Source: an uncultured delta proteobacterium (GTDB taxonomy: Bacteria; Desulfobacterota; RBG-13-43-22). Taken from it: DNA of 64,000 bases. The translations under genes and the position numbers were made by a program. Positions 49,758-58,875 of this stretch are shown piece after piece. The stretch lies in contig CAWBOS010000010.1 of the NCBI GenBank assembly GCA_963790475.1, positions 1 to 64,000 of the forward strand, written 5' to 3'. Numbering within the stretch: the first letter of the stretch is position 1; each line of letters starts with the position of its first letter. The notes below the pieces were generated by a model. That model saw only the letters and a program-made list of their open reading frames with translations, did no database searches and was not told the DNA's origin.

Positions 49758-51596
49758 ATGGCAAAGATCGAAAACCATAAATACAGTATCGAAGAGGCAT
49801 TCCGCGAGTGTTTTTACATAGTCCCCGATTATCAGCGTGAGTACGTCTGGACCGACAAGGAAGTCCACCAACTCCTTGACGACATCAACGACGAAATAAC
49901 CGGACAATCGACCAAGGAATACTTCATCGGCACCATCCTGGTTTCGCCAGCCACCCTGAAAAATCATTACGAAGTGATAGACGGCCAACAACGCCTGACG
50001 ACCTTCTTTTTGCTACTCTGCGCCCTGAAGAACCTATTCAAGGGAGAATTCCAAGAATCGACCATCAGCGGGTTGATCTCCACCAGCTATACCGACAGCA
50101 ACGGTGACACCCAAACCAGCCTGAAGCTTGAACCCCGTTACGAAAATGCCGGGGAGATAATGAACAAGATAGTGGAATTAAATGAAGAGCCGATCAAAAT
50201 GAGAAATGCGGTGCAGGCTTCCGGAATCACCACTTTTGGCTCCCTGGAGAATATCATCAATGCTTACGGGACCATCTACCGCTATCTCCAAGAAAACTAC
50301 AAAGAGAAAGCACCGATGAAAAAATACTGGGGATACTTGGCAAACAACGTTGTCTTTATCCAGATATCCACCGACATCAGCAGCGCCCTGAAGATTTTCG
50401 AGACCATCAATGAGCGCGGCGTCGGCCTCAACCCGATGGACCTGCTGAAAAACCTGCTTTTCACCCACGTCAAAACCGATGAGTTCACCAAGCTGAAGGA
50501 TGAATGGAAGAAGATCACCAAGCCGCTGGAAAAGCAGAAAGAGAAGCCACTCCGCTTCCTCAGATACTTCCTGATGGCTAACTACAAGATCGAGAATGAC
50601 CGTAGCGACGCAATCGTGCGGGAAGATGAAATCTATGACTGGTTCATCAACAAGAAGAACGCAGCGCTTTGCGATTACAGCTCAAAGCCATTCGAGTTTG
50701 TCCGAAAGATCATCAGGAATGTTGAGTGGTTCATTGCCTTTTCATCAGGCAAGGGGAATGACAGTCTCGACAATTTGTACATGGACAACCTGCGGAGGCT
50801 CTGTGGCGGGGCCTTCAGTCTGCATTACGTGCTGCTTCTGGCTGCCAGCACATTCCCGAAAGCACTCTTTGACCACTTTGTCCAGCAACTGGAGAGCTTC
50901 CTGTTTTGCTACATTTTTACCAAGACGCCGACGAAAGACCTGGAGCGGAATTTCTCCGTATGGGCCGATGAACTGCGGGCAATTGCCGGGGTAACGGATG
51001 TCACGGAGCAGAAGCAAAAGCTGAACGAGTTTCTGAAGGAACGGTTCGACAAAAATATCCAGGCAAAACAGGGTGAGCTTGCCGATGACCTGAAACGCTA
51101 TACCCTCAATTCGATGCAGCAGTACCGGACTCGCTACCTGCTGGCCAAACTGACCCAGCATGTTGACATGGCCTACAAGGGACTCAGGACGCCAGGATCG
51201 TTGCAGGATTACACGGCCCTTGAGATTGAGCATATCCTTCCGAATAACCCCCAACAGGGCTTGCGTGACGACTTCACGCAGAACAACCCCGGCAAGCCGT
51301 ATGATCTCTACAAAACGATGTTGGGGAATCTTACCCTGCTGGAGAAACCGATCAATATTGTCGCCAGCAACAACTTCTTTCAGACGAAATGTGCAGAATA
51401 CAAAAAGTGCAAGTATTACCTCACCAGCAGCATTGCCGAACTTACCACCGTCGGCAACAACTCATCCATCAACCGGATCAATGCCAAGCTCCAGTCGTTC
51501 ACTGTCTGGGATGCCGCTGCCATAGAAAATCGGCAGGAACTGCTAAGCAATCTGGTTTCCGAGATTTGGAAGATCGAAGAGGTTGAAGTACCCTAA
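49758..51596 (+). CDS. DUF262-DUF1524 (GmrSD/SspE-like) NTPase-HNH nuclease
   Basis: PDYQREYVW, IDGQQRLTT and FETINERG; C-terminal IEHILP..LGNLTLL...N. Confidence 0.9.
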   Translation: MAKIENHKYSIEEAFRECFYIVPDYQREYVWTDKEVHQLLDDINDEITGQSTKEYFIGTILVSPATLKNHYEVIDGQQRLTTFFLLLCALKNLFKGEFQESTISGLISTSYTDSNGDTQTSLKLEPRYENAGEIMNKIVELNEEPIKMRNAVQASGITTFGSLENIINAYGTIYRYLQENYKEKAPMKKYWGYLANNVVFIQISTDISSALKIFETINERGVGLNPMDLLKNLLFTHVKTDEFTKLKDEWKKITKPLEKQKEKPLRFLRYFLMANYKIENDRSDAIVREDEIYDWFINKKNAALCDYSSKPFEFVRKIIRNVEWFIAFSSGKGNDSLDNLYMDNLRRLCGGAFSLHYVLLLAASTFPKALFDHFVQQLESFLFCYIFTKTPTKDLERNFSVWADELRAIAGVTDVTEQKQKLNEFLKERFDKNIQAKQGELADDLKRYTLNSMQQYRTRYLLAKLTQHVDMAYKGLRTPGSLQDYTALEIEHILPNNPQQGLRDDFTQNNPGKPYDLYKTMLGNLTLLEKPINIVASNNFFQTKCAEYKKCKYYLTSSIAELTTVGNNSSINRINAKLQSFTVWDAAAIENRQELLSNLVSEIWKIEEVEVP

Positions 51597-51669
51597 TGGC
51601 CCGTGGAGAAGCAAAAGGGGACAGCCTACTTTTTGAGCTATGCAGACAATATTTTCGAGATAGCGTGAC

Positions 51670-51717
51670 TACCAACCAGCGACTCGACCCCTCAAGCGGG
51701 TCAGCCGCGCGTTGGGC
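51670..51717 (+). repeat. attC site
   Basis: TACCAAC..GCGACT(C)GACCC / GGGTCAGCCGC..GTTGGGC with an extrahelical base. Confidence 0.7.
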
Positions 51718-51751
51718 ATCTAAACCAAAGAAAAACTCGTGAGGCGTAAGG

Positions 51752-53317
51752 ATGAAGGTACTACAGCGAATCAAACTGAAGAATTTCAAAAGATTCGAAA
51801 ATTTTGATTCGAATTTCGATGCAAACCTCAACCTTCTAATTGGCGATAACGAATCAGGCAAAAGTACAATCCTACTGGCCGTGGACCTTGTGTTGAGCGG
51901 CAGCAGGGGTAAGATAGAGGCCATTGGTTTGGAGAATCTCTTTAATACAGAAGTTGTCAGTACATTCTTGACTTCCGAGAAGAGGCTTGAGGATTTACCT
52001 ATTCTTTTTGTAGAGGTCTATCTGAATGAACAGAGCGACCCAGACTTCAACGGAAAGAACTGTTCAGAAGACAGAGTATGTGATGGGCTACAGTTTCTGT
52101 GTGAGCCAATCGATGCGCTCGGGAAAGACATAAAACGGATTTTGGACGAGAAAGACCCTGTTTTTCCTTTTGAATACTATGAGACGAAGTTTCTCTCTTT
52201 TGCCGGAAAACCCTACGTGGGTTATAACAGACCCATAAGACATCTTTTCATCGATAACACACAAATCGATAATGAGTATGCAACACGGGAGTACATAAAG
52301 GACCTTTATGATACCAACATCGAAGGAACTGAGAGGAATAAACATCGGAATGAATATAGGAAATACAAAGAGCAGTTCAAGAATAACGTCCTAAGCGGCC
52401 TCAACAAAAGACTCGATAGGTATTCTTTCGTTGTTAAAACAAGTGGCAAAGCGAATTTGGAATCAGACCTCACGATTTGCCAAGATGGGATTACTATCGA
52501 GAATAAAGGAAAGGGGCAGCAATGCTTCATTAAGACGGAGTTCGCTTTGAAAAAACCGGGGCAAAAGAAGAATATTGATATTCTGCTGTTGGAAGAGCCA
52601 GAAAATCACCTGAGCCATATCAACATGAAGAAGCTAATCCACCGAATACAGGAGCCCTCAGAGAAACAGATATTTATAGCGACTCACAGCAATCTCGTTA
52701 GTGCGAGACTTGACCTGAGAAAATGTATTTTGCTGAATAGTAGCAGTACCAATCCTACCTCGCTGGCCGACCTTTCTGAGCCGACGGCAGGGTTCTTCAT
52801 GAAGGCCCCGGACAACAACATTCTTGAGTTTATCTTGTCAAAGAAGGTGGTCCTTGTAGAAGGCGACGCCGAGTATATTTTGGCTGAATCATTTTACAAG
52901 AAGATCACAAAGGAGGCACCCGAAGACTCCGACACACATATAATTTCTGTTGGCGGGACAAGCTTTAAAAGATATCTTGAGTTGGCCCGACTTCTGAAAA
53001 TCAAAACAGCGGTGATTCGTGATAACGACGGAGACTACCAGCAAAATTGTGTCGATAGGTATTCGGAATACATTTGCGATCACATTAAGGTGTTTTCTGA
53101 CGGAGACAATGAGAGGCCTACCTTTGAAATCTGCCTATACGAAGACAATAAGGCTATCTGCGACGATCTCTTTGGGCAACAAAGGAAAACCTTAAGCGTA
53201 AAGGACTACATGCTTAAGAACAAGGCAGAGGCAGCTTTCTTATTGTTGCAGAACAAGGCGGACGCATTGTGTTCGCCGAATTACATAATGAAAGCAATAC
53301 AGTGGATAAGAGAGTAA
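51752..53317 (+). CDS. gajA: Gabija GajA (OLD-family ABC ATPase + TOPRIM nuclease)
   Basis: NFKRF, GDNESGKS, LLEEPENHL, ATHS, LVEGDAE and RDND. Confidence 0.87.
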   Translation: MKVLQRIKLKNFKRFENFDSNFDANLNLLIGDNESGKSTILLAVDLVLSGSRGKIEAIGLENLFNTEVVSTFLTSEKRLEDLPILFVEVYLNEQSDPDFNGKNCSEDRVCDGLQFLCEPIDALGKDIKRILDEKDPVFPFEYYETKFLSFAGKPYVGYNRPIRHLFIDNTQIDNEYATREYIKDLYDTNIEGTERNKHRNEYRKYKEQFKNNVLSGLNKRLDRYSFVVKTSGKANLESDLTICQDGITIENKGKGQQCFIKTEFALKKPGQKKNIDILLLEEPENHLSHINMKKLIHRIQEPSEKQIFIATHSNLVSARLDLRKCILLNSSSTNPTSLADLSEPTAGFFMKAPDNNILEFILSKKVVLVEGDAEYILAESFYKKITKEAPEDSDTHIISVGGTSFKRYLELARLLKIKTAVIRDNDGDYQQNCVDRYSEYICDHIKVFSDGDNERPTFEICLYEDNKAICDDLFGQQRKTLSVKDYMLKNKAEAAFLLLQNKADALCSPNYIMKAIQWIRE

Positions 53318-54339
53318 TACTTGCTGTTGCAGGTTCAGGCAAGACCACACACATCGTGAATAGTTTAGGCAGCCTCAACCCAGGTGTAAGATCACTTGTT
53401 ATAACGTATACCAGAAACAACCTCAGCAATTTGAGGACCAAGATAATTCGCAAATTCGGATACTTTCCAGAGAACATATCATTGTACGAGTATTTTGCGT
53501 TCTTGTATGGTTTCTGCTTCAGGCCGTTCCTGCTTAGGAATACAAGAGCAAAAGGTATCAACTGGGAGGCGCCGCCAGCTTGGACATTGCGTAAAGAAAG
53601 AACCAGCAAGGAATACTACTTCGACAAGTACAGTAAACTATACCACAACAGAATAGCCAAGTACCTGGAATTTAAAGGTGTCTTGGATCTCGTCAATCAG
53701 CGGATAGAGAGGTACTATGATAATCTTCTTGTTGATGAGGTGCAGGATTTCGGGGGACACGATTTCAACTTTCTTCGGACCATCGTGCAATCAAAAGTGA
53801 CCATACTTTTTGTCGGGGATTTCTACCAACACACATTCGACACAAGCAGGGATGGAAACGTTAACAAGAATCTGTACAGTGACCTGAATGTCTATAAAGG
53901 GCTTCTGAGAAAGATGGGTCTGGCGGTAGATTCGGACACATTGAGCAAGAGCTATAGATGTAGTCCAACGATTTGCCGCTTCATCTCAAAGAATTTGGGG
54001 ATAGATATGGAATCTCACCGAGACGACGAGACGGCAATGCACGCTCTTGCCACAAAAGGTGACGCCGGTGTGGTGCTTAAATGCAACAACACGGTAAAAC
54101 TCTTCTACAGAGAACATTACAAATACGGTTGTTACTCGAAAAACTGGGGCGACTCGAAGGGTGCAGATCACTATTCGGATGTTTGCGTTGTCCTAAATAA
54201 GGAAACATTTCAAAAGTTCCAAAAGAAGCGGCTAAGCGAGTTGAAGCCGCAAACGAGGAACAAGCTTTACGTTGCGTGCACGCGGGCAAGGAACAATCTC
54301 TACTTAATCCCAGAGACTTTCTACCAAGGAAGCGGATGA
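53302..54339 (+). CDS. gajB: Gabija GajB (compact UvrD-like helicase)
   Basis: AVAGSGKT, ITYT, VDEVQD, VGDFYQ, SYRC and LYVACTRAR; GTG start overlaps the gajA stop. Confidence 0.87.
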   Translation: MDKRVILAVAGSGKTTHIVNSLGSLNPGVRSLVITYTRNNLSNLRTKIIRKFGYFPENISLYEYFAFLYGFCFRPFLLRNTRAKGINWEAPPAWTLRKERTSKEYYFDKYSKLYHNRIAKYLEFKGVLDLVNQRIERYYDNLLVDEVQDFGGHDFNFLRTIVQSKVTILFVGDFYQHTFDTSRDGNVNKNLYSDLNVYKGLLRKMGLAVDSDTLSKSYRCSPTICRFISKNLGIDMESHRDDETAMHALATKGDAGVVLKCNNTVKLFYREHYKYGCYSKNWGDSKGADHYSDVCVVLNKETFQKFQKKRLSELKPQTRNKLYVACTRARNNLYLIPETFYQGSG

Positions 54340-54388
54340 AGACGGGGTCAGTGAAGTACAGAAGACAATTGTGAATCAGATGGGCATT

Positions 54389-54442
54389 GCCCAACAAAGC
54401 AATCCAGCGGGCGTCTTACAGCCGCTGATTTTGGCGTTATAA
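54389..54442 (+). repeat. attC site
   Basis: GCCCAAC..AATC(C)AGCGG / CCGCTGATT..GTTATAA; GCCCAAC is the reverse complement of GTTGGGC at 51711. Confidence 0.8.
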
Positions 54443-54459
54443 GGTGAGTTTGTTGAGAA

Positions 54460-55062
54460 ATGAAAACAAATAAGGAAAGTATTATTAGTCGTTGTCCCTG
54501 GGTCGATTTGAGTAATGTCGATTATGTGGAATATCACGATAAGGAATGGGGTGTTCCGGTCTATGAAGACCGATTGATCTTTGAATTTTTGTCTTTGGAA
54601 TCCGCCCAGGCCGGTTTATCCTGGCTCACCGTTCTAAAAAAGAGAGAGAATTACCGCAGGGCCTTTGAAAATTTCGAACCGAAAAAGATTTCCCGATTTG
54701 ATCAGGCCAAAATTGAAGAATTGTTGCTGAATCCCGGAATCATTCGGAATAGATTGAAGATTGAAGCAACGGTAAATAATGCCCGGGAATTTCTTGAAGT
54801 TCAGAAAGAATATGGGAGTTTTTCGAAATATATATGGAGTTTTGTCGGCGGCAAACCCAAAATCAGCAAGATAAGGAAATTAGCGGATTACCCGGCAACC
54901 AGCAAAGAGTCGGACGCCTTGAGCCAAGACTTGAAACATAGAGGTTTTAAATTTTTGGGTTCTACCATATGTTACGCGCATATGCAGGCTACGGGGTTGG
55001 TAAACGACCACTCTCTGGATTGTTTCAGGAGAAGCGAAATAATTGAGCTATATGGAAAATAA
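54460..55062 (+). CDS. tag: DNA-3-methyladenine glycosylase I
   Basis: RCPW, YHDKEWG, QAGLSW, IIRNRLKI and MQATGLVNDH...C. Confidence 0.95.
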   Translation: MKTNKESIISRCPWVDLSNVDYVEYHDKEWGVPVYEDRLIFEFLSLESAQAGLSWLTVLKKRENYRRAFENFEPKKISRFDQAKIEELLLNPGIIRNRLKIEATVNNAREFLEVQKEYGSFSKYIWSFVGGKPKISKIRKLADYPATSKESDALSQDLKHRGFKFLGSTICYAHMQATGLVNDHSLDCFRRSEIIELYGK

Positions 55063-55191
55063 CCCATCCGGTAAGGGCATGTCTGAATTCAATCATTTGT
55101 TTCTTTATTTAGGGGACCTGCCCTAATATTTAAGAAACCAATAAGTCCTGGTTTTGGGAACCTTAGAGTCGGATTAATTTTGGAGGTAAGG

Positions 55192-55692
55192 ATGGACACG
55201 GGGGGAATTGTTCGTGAAGTCTTGAATAACTATGCTTTGCCGGCACGGGGACGGCACGGGGTCGTTCACTGGGCCCGGGTGCTGGAAAACGGTCTATCCC
55301 TGGCGGAAAAGACCGGCGCCAATGTGCAAGTGGTAACCCTCTTTGCCTTATTCCACGACAGCCGACGGGTGAATGAGCATTTGGATGAGGGGCACGGGCT
55401 GCGCGGCGGGGAGTTTGCTCGAACATTTCGGACAACGCTCTTCGATCTCGAAGATCAGGAGTTTGAACTATTTTTTAGGGCCTGCCACTTTCACACCGAC
55501 GGATATACCGAAGGCGATGTGACCCTGCAGACCTGCTGGGATGCCGATCGTCTCGATCTCGGCCGGGTCGGCATCACACCCAAGCCCGATCTTTTATGCA
55601 CTGACGCTGCCCGGGGTCTGGTCGATTGGGCGAATCAACGGGCTGTTAAGGGATATGAACCCGAGATGGTGAACGAGGTCTGGGGATTATGA
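55192..55692 (+). CDS. HD-domain protein
   Basis: HGVVHWARV, FHDSRR, HG and CWDADRLDL; GGAGG RBS. Confidence 0.85.
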   Translation: MDTGGIVREVLNNYALPARGRHGVVHWARVLENGLSLAEKTGANVQVVTLFALFHDSRRVNEHLDEGHGLRGGEFARTFRTTLFDLEDQEFELFFRACHFHTDGYTEGDVTLQTCWDADRLDLGRVGITPKPDLLCTDAARGLVDWANQRAVKGYEPEMVNEVWGL

Positions 55693-55732
55693 TTCAAGGC
55701 CCATTTATCCGCTTTCCCGATCGCTTCCAGAC

Positions 55733-56473
55733 TTATTTAAGGTATTTTCCATACCAGGCAAAGACCTTTTTCCAACCGTCCACCGCCGCCTCCACCCGGT
55801 AGCTGGGCCGGTCCACAGAAAAGAATCCATGGCCGGCATTTTCATAAGTGTGAAACTCGTAGGTCTTATTATAGCGTTTCAACTCTTCCTCCATACGCCG
55901 AACGTGCTCAGGGGAAGGGTTTTGGTCTTCCGCCCCGAACAGGCCCAGCAAGGGGCAGGCCAGATCCTTGGTCAGGTCAATGGGGGCAACCGTCCAACCC
56001 TTGGTAAGTTCCTCGGGCTTGGCCACCACCCGCCCCCCATAACAATCCACAGCGGCATTGATGCGTTTGATGGTACAAGCCGCCAGGTAAACCTGCCGGC
56101 CGCCTGAACAATACCCGATAATACCGACTTTGCCGCTGTAATAGGGCTGGGTCTCCAGATATCTAATGGCCGCATCGAGATCGCCGATACAGCGTTCGTC
56201 AGGAACCATACCGGCAGCCCAGATCTTGGCCATGATTTCCTCGGGAGTTCCCGGACCCTCACGATGGTGGAGGTGGGGCGAAAACCCAACATACCCGTGA
56301 TAGGCCAGTTTCCTGGTTATTTCTTTGGTGGCTTCATCCCAGCCCGGCAGGTGATGTATCACGACAACCCCCGGAAACGGCCCCGCACCCAGCGGGCGGG
56401 CCAGATACCCTTCAATTAAATCATCATTATGTCCCCTAAAACCGACCGTCTCGGCTATCATCCCTTCGTACAT
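55733..56473 (-). CDS. dienelactone hydrolase family protein
   Basis: GYCSGG nucleophile elbow, GAED and AGHGF. Confidence 0.9.
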   Translation of the reverse strand: MYEGMIAETVGFRGHNDDLIEGYLARPLGAGPFPGVVVIHHLPGWDEATKEITRKLAYHGYVGFSPHLHHREGPGTPEEIMAKIWAAGMVPDERCIGDLDAAIRYLETQPYYSGKVGIIGYCSGGRQVYLAACTIKRINAAVDCYGGRVVAKPEELTKGWTVAPIDLTKDLACPLLGLFGAEDQNPSPEHVRRMEEELKRYNKTYEFHTYENAGHGFFSVDRPSYRVEAAVDGWKKVFAWYGKYLK

Positions 56474-56516
56474 GGCAGCTTCCCCCTTTACTAATGATTC
56501 AGTTTCAGTTAATTTA

Positions 56517-56545
56517 AGTATATAAAAAAGGGATAAGGGTGTCAA
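56517..56545 (-). promoter_or_regulatory. sigma70-like promoter
   Basis: minus-strand TTGACA-17 bp-TATACT. Confidence 0.7.
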
Positions 56546-56635
56546 GGAGACTGTAATCTCTTCATCGGGGGGAGTGACAAGAATATTAATATCGGATCTT
56601 TTTGAATGAACGAATCACACTAAGAAAGGGGAAAA

Positions 56636-57499
56636 ATGATGGATCAAAAAATCATTAACTTGTTCGATGACTACGCTTGTGAAAGGTTGAATCGTCGTGA
56701 ATTCATCGGGAGGTTGTCTGTCCTTGCCGGGGGGACCGCCGCCGCCCTGGTATTGATGCCTGTCCTGGAGAATAACTTGGCCCAAGCCCAAATCGTTTCC
56801 AAGGATGATCCCCGCCTGGTCACGGAACATATCAAATACCCCGGCCTGACAGGGGATATCCGGGCCTATTCGGCGAAACCGAAAGGAACGGAAAAGCTTC
56901 CTGCAGTTCTCGTCATTCATGAAAACAGGGGATTGGTTCCCCATATCGAAGATGTCACCAGGCGTATTGCCTTGGAGGGTTTTCTGACTTTGGCCCCGGA
57001 TGCCTTAACCCCCCTGGGGGGGACTCCGGAAGACCAAGAAAAAGCACCGGCACTGATTCAACAACTAAACGGTCCGACCACCCTGCAAAACTATCTGGCG
57101 GCGGTGAAATTTTTAAAGAATCATCCTGTTTCCACCGGAAAAGTGGGGGTTGTCGGATTCTGCTGGGGTGGGGGGATGGCCAATCAACTGGCCGTACACT
57201 CACCGGATTTATCGGCCGTGGTGCCCTATTATGGCAAACAGCCCGATCCCGAAGATGTTCCCAAGATCAAAGCCCCTTTGCTCCTTCACTACGCCGGGGT
57301 GGACCAATGGATCAATGGAGGGATTCCGGCTTATGAGGCCGCCCTGAAGAAGGCCTCCGCGGACTATAAGATTTATATGTACGAGGGTGCCCAACATGCC
57401 TTTAACAACGACACCAATCCTGCTCGATATCATAAAGAGGCGGCCCAACTGGCCTGGCAGCGCACCATTGCATTTTTTAAAGAGAAGCTAAAGAATTGA
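56636..57499 (+). CDS. dienelactone hydrolase family protein (YghX-like, RREF leader)
   Basis: NRREFI, HENRGL, GFCWGG and HAFNND. Confidence 0.9.
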   Translation: MMDQKIINLFDDYACERLNRREFIGRLSVLAGGTAAALVLMPVLENNLAQAQIVSKDDPRLVTEHIKYPGLTGDIRAYSAKPKGTEKLPAVLVIHENRGLVPHIEDVTRRIALEGFLTLAPDALTPLGGTPEDQEKAPALIQQLNGPTTLQNYLAAVKFLKNHPVSTGKVGVVGFCWGGGMANQLAVHSPDLSAVVPYYGKQPDPEDVPKIKAPLLLHYAGVDQWINGGIPAYEAALKKASADYKIYMYEGAQHAFNNDTNPARYHKEAAQLAWQRTIAFFKEKLKN

Positions 57500-57520
57500 T
57501 TAAATGATTGGAACCATCTC

Positions 57521-57601
57521 CGTTGCGAGTCACGAGTTGCGGGTTACGAGTTCTTAAAGAAAAGGTTTTATTCTAAACCTGTAACTCGCAACCCGTAACC
57601 C
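57521..57601. repeat. period-7 inverted repeat between convergent genes
   Basis: cgttgcg agtcacg agttgcg ggttacg agtt ... cctgtaa ctcgcaa cccgtaa ccc. Confidence 0.7.
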
Positions 57602-57614
57602 TATTCAACTACAT

Positions 57615-58874
57615 TTACTTCCCCATACAACATTTCTTGTACTTTAAACCGCTGCCGCAGGGACAGGGCTCATTGCGGCCGACTTTGGGGGAGGCCGGTA
57701 TGGTCTTGCCTTTGGTCGGAGAATCGGGCCGTTCCAGGGATTGCCGGCGCCATAGACTGGATAGCTGAGAGACAAAAGGTTGGGCATGGGTGAAGAAGTT
57801 TTTATAGCCTGCGCACAGGTAGTTCAGCCCTGCTTGGCCGTCCGGGGTGTGAAGGATGCGATCTTTGGGGCACCCGCCGTGACACATATACAGTACTTCG
57901 CAGTTCCGGCAAAATTGGGGCAGCGTATCCCATTTTGCCCGGCCGAAGGCCCTCTGGGCCGGACTTTCCAATAAATCAACCAGCGCGACTTGCTGAATAT
58001 TTCCCAGGCGGTATTCCTGATCGACGAAATGATCACAGGAATAGAAGTCTCCATTGTGTTCGATAACTGGAATATCACCGCAGGTCTTCCGGAAGATGCA
58101 CAGGGCATGTTCCTGCCCAAAGGCGGTTCTGGCTGTCTCCTCGAATATCTGCACTTTGATCCGTTCGATATCCTCGGCCTTCCATTCATCAAAGATCGTG
58201 CAGAGAAAATCACCCCATGATTCAGCCGGCACAGTTCGAGGACTGACTCCTTGCTCGGTACCCGGATCCAGTTCGATCAAGGGTAGAAAGGTCATATATT
58301 GGGCCTTGATCTGTTTGAAGAACCGGTAAACCTGGTTGGGATAGTCGACGTTCTGGGAATGGACCACGCATAACAGATCGCAGGGGATCCCATGCTCCTG
58401 GAGGATCCGGTAGCCGCGCATTACCTGGGCATGGGTAGCTTTTCCTCCCTTGAAGACACGGTGCTGATCGTGTATTTCCTGCGGTCCGTCCAGGCTGAGA
58501 CCAACGGTAAAATCCTCAGCCGCTAAAAAGCGGCCCCAATCTTCATCAAGGAGGGTGCCGTTAGTCTGCATCCCGTTGAAGATGGACCGGTTGGGGGGCA
58601 GATGTTGGCGTTGGAGGGCCCTGATCTTACGAAAATAATCGAGACCCAGGAGGGTGGGCTCTCCGCCGTGCCAGGAAAAATTGACCGTTGTACCGGGGGC
58701 GGCTTCAATGTGTTGGATGATATATTTTTCCAGGAGGGCATCGGGCATGCGAAACGACTCACCCGCTGGATAGAGGCCTTCTTTCTTCAGGTAGTAACAA
58801 TAATGACAACCCAGGTTGCAGAGGGAACCAATGGGTTTGGTGAAGACCTGGAATTCGCGGGAAGCTCTGACCAT
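57615..58874 (-). CDS. anaerobic sulfatase maturase (radical SAM/SPASM) with SEC-C tail
   Basis: CNLGCHYCYY, WHGGEP, QTNG, YSCDH, CRNC..CHGGCPK and GRNEPCPCGSGLKYKKCC. Confidence 0.92.
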   Translation of the reverse strand: MVRASREFQVFTKPIGSLCNLGCHYCYYLKKEGLYPAGESFRMPDALLEKYIIQHIEAAPGTTVNFSWHGGEPTLLGLDYFRKIRALQRQHLPPNRSIFNGMQTNGTLLDEDWGRFLAAEDFTVGLSLDGPQEIHDQHRVFKGGKATHAQVMRGYRILQEHGIPCDLLCVVHSQNVDYPNQVYRFFKQIKAQYMTFLPLIELDPGTEQGVSPRTVPAESWGDFLCTIFDEWKAEDIERIKVQIFEETARTAFGQEHALCIFRKTCGDIPVIEHNGDFYSCDHFVDQEYRLGNIQQVALVDLLESPAQRAFGRAKWDTLPQFCRNCEVLYMCHGGCPKDRILHTPDGQAGLNYLCAGYKNFFTHAQPFVSQLSSLWRRQSLERPDSPTKGKTIPASPKVGRNEPCPCGSGLKYKKCCMGK

Positions 58875-58875
58875 C

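Noticed and set aside
46700-55100. Integron integrase, prophage or tRNA attachment site
   Set aside because: No tyrosine recombinase motifs, phage genes or tRNA recognised
56474-56545. N-terminal extension of the minus-strand hydrolase
   Set aside because: The TTG start is part of a TTGACA-17-TATACT promoter; ATG 56473 has an RBS
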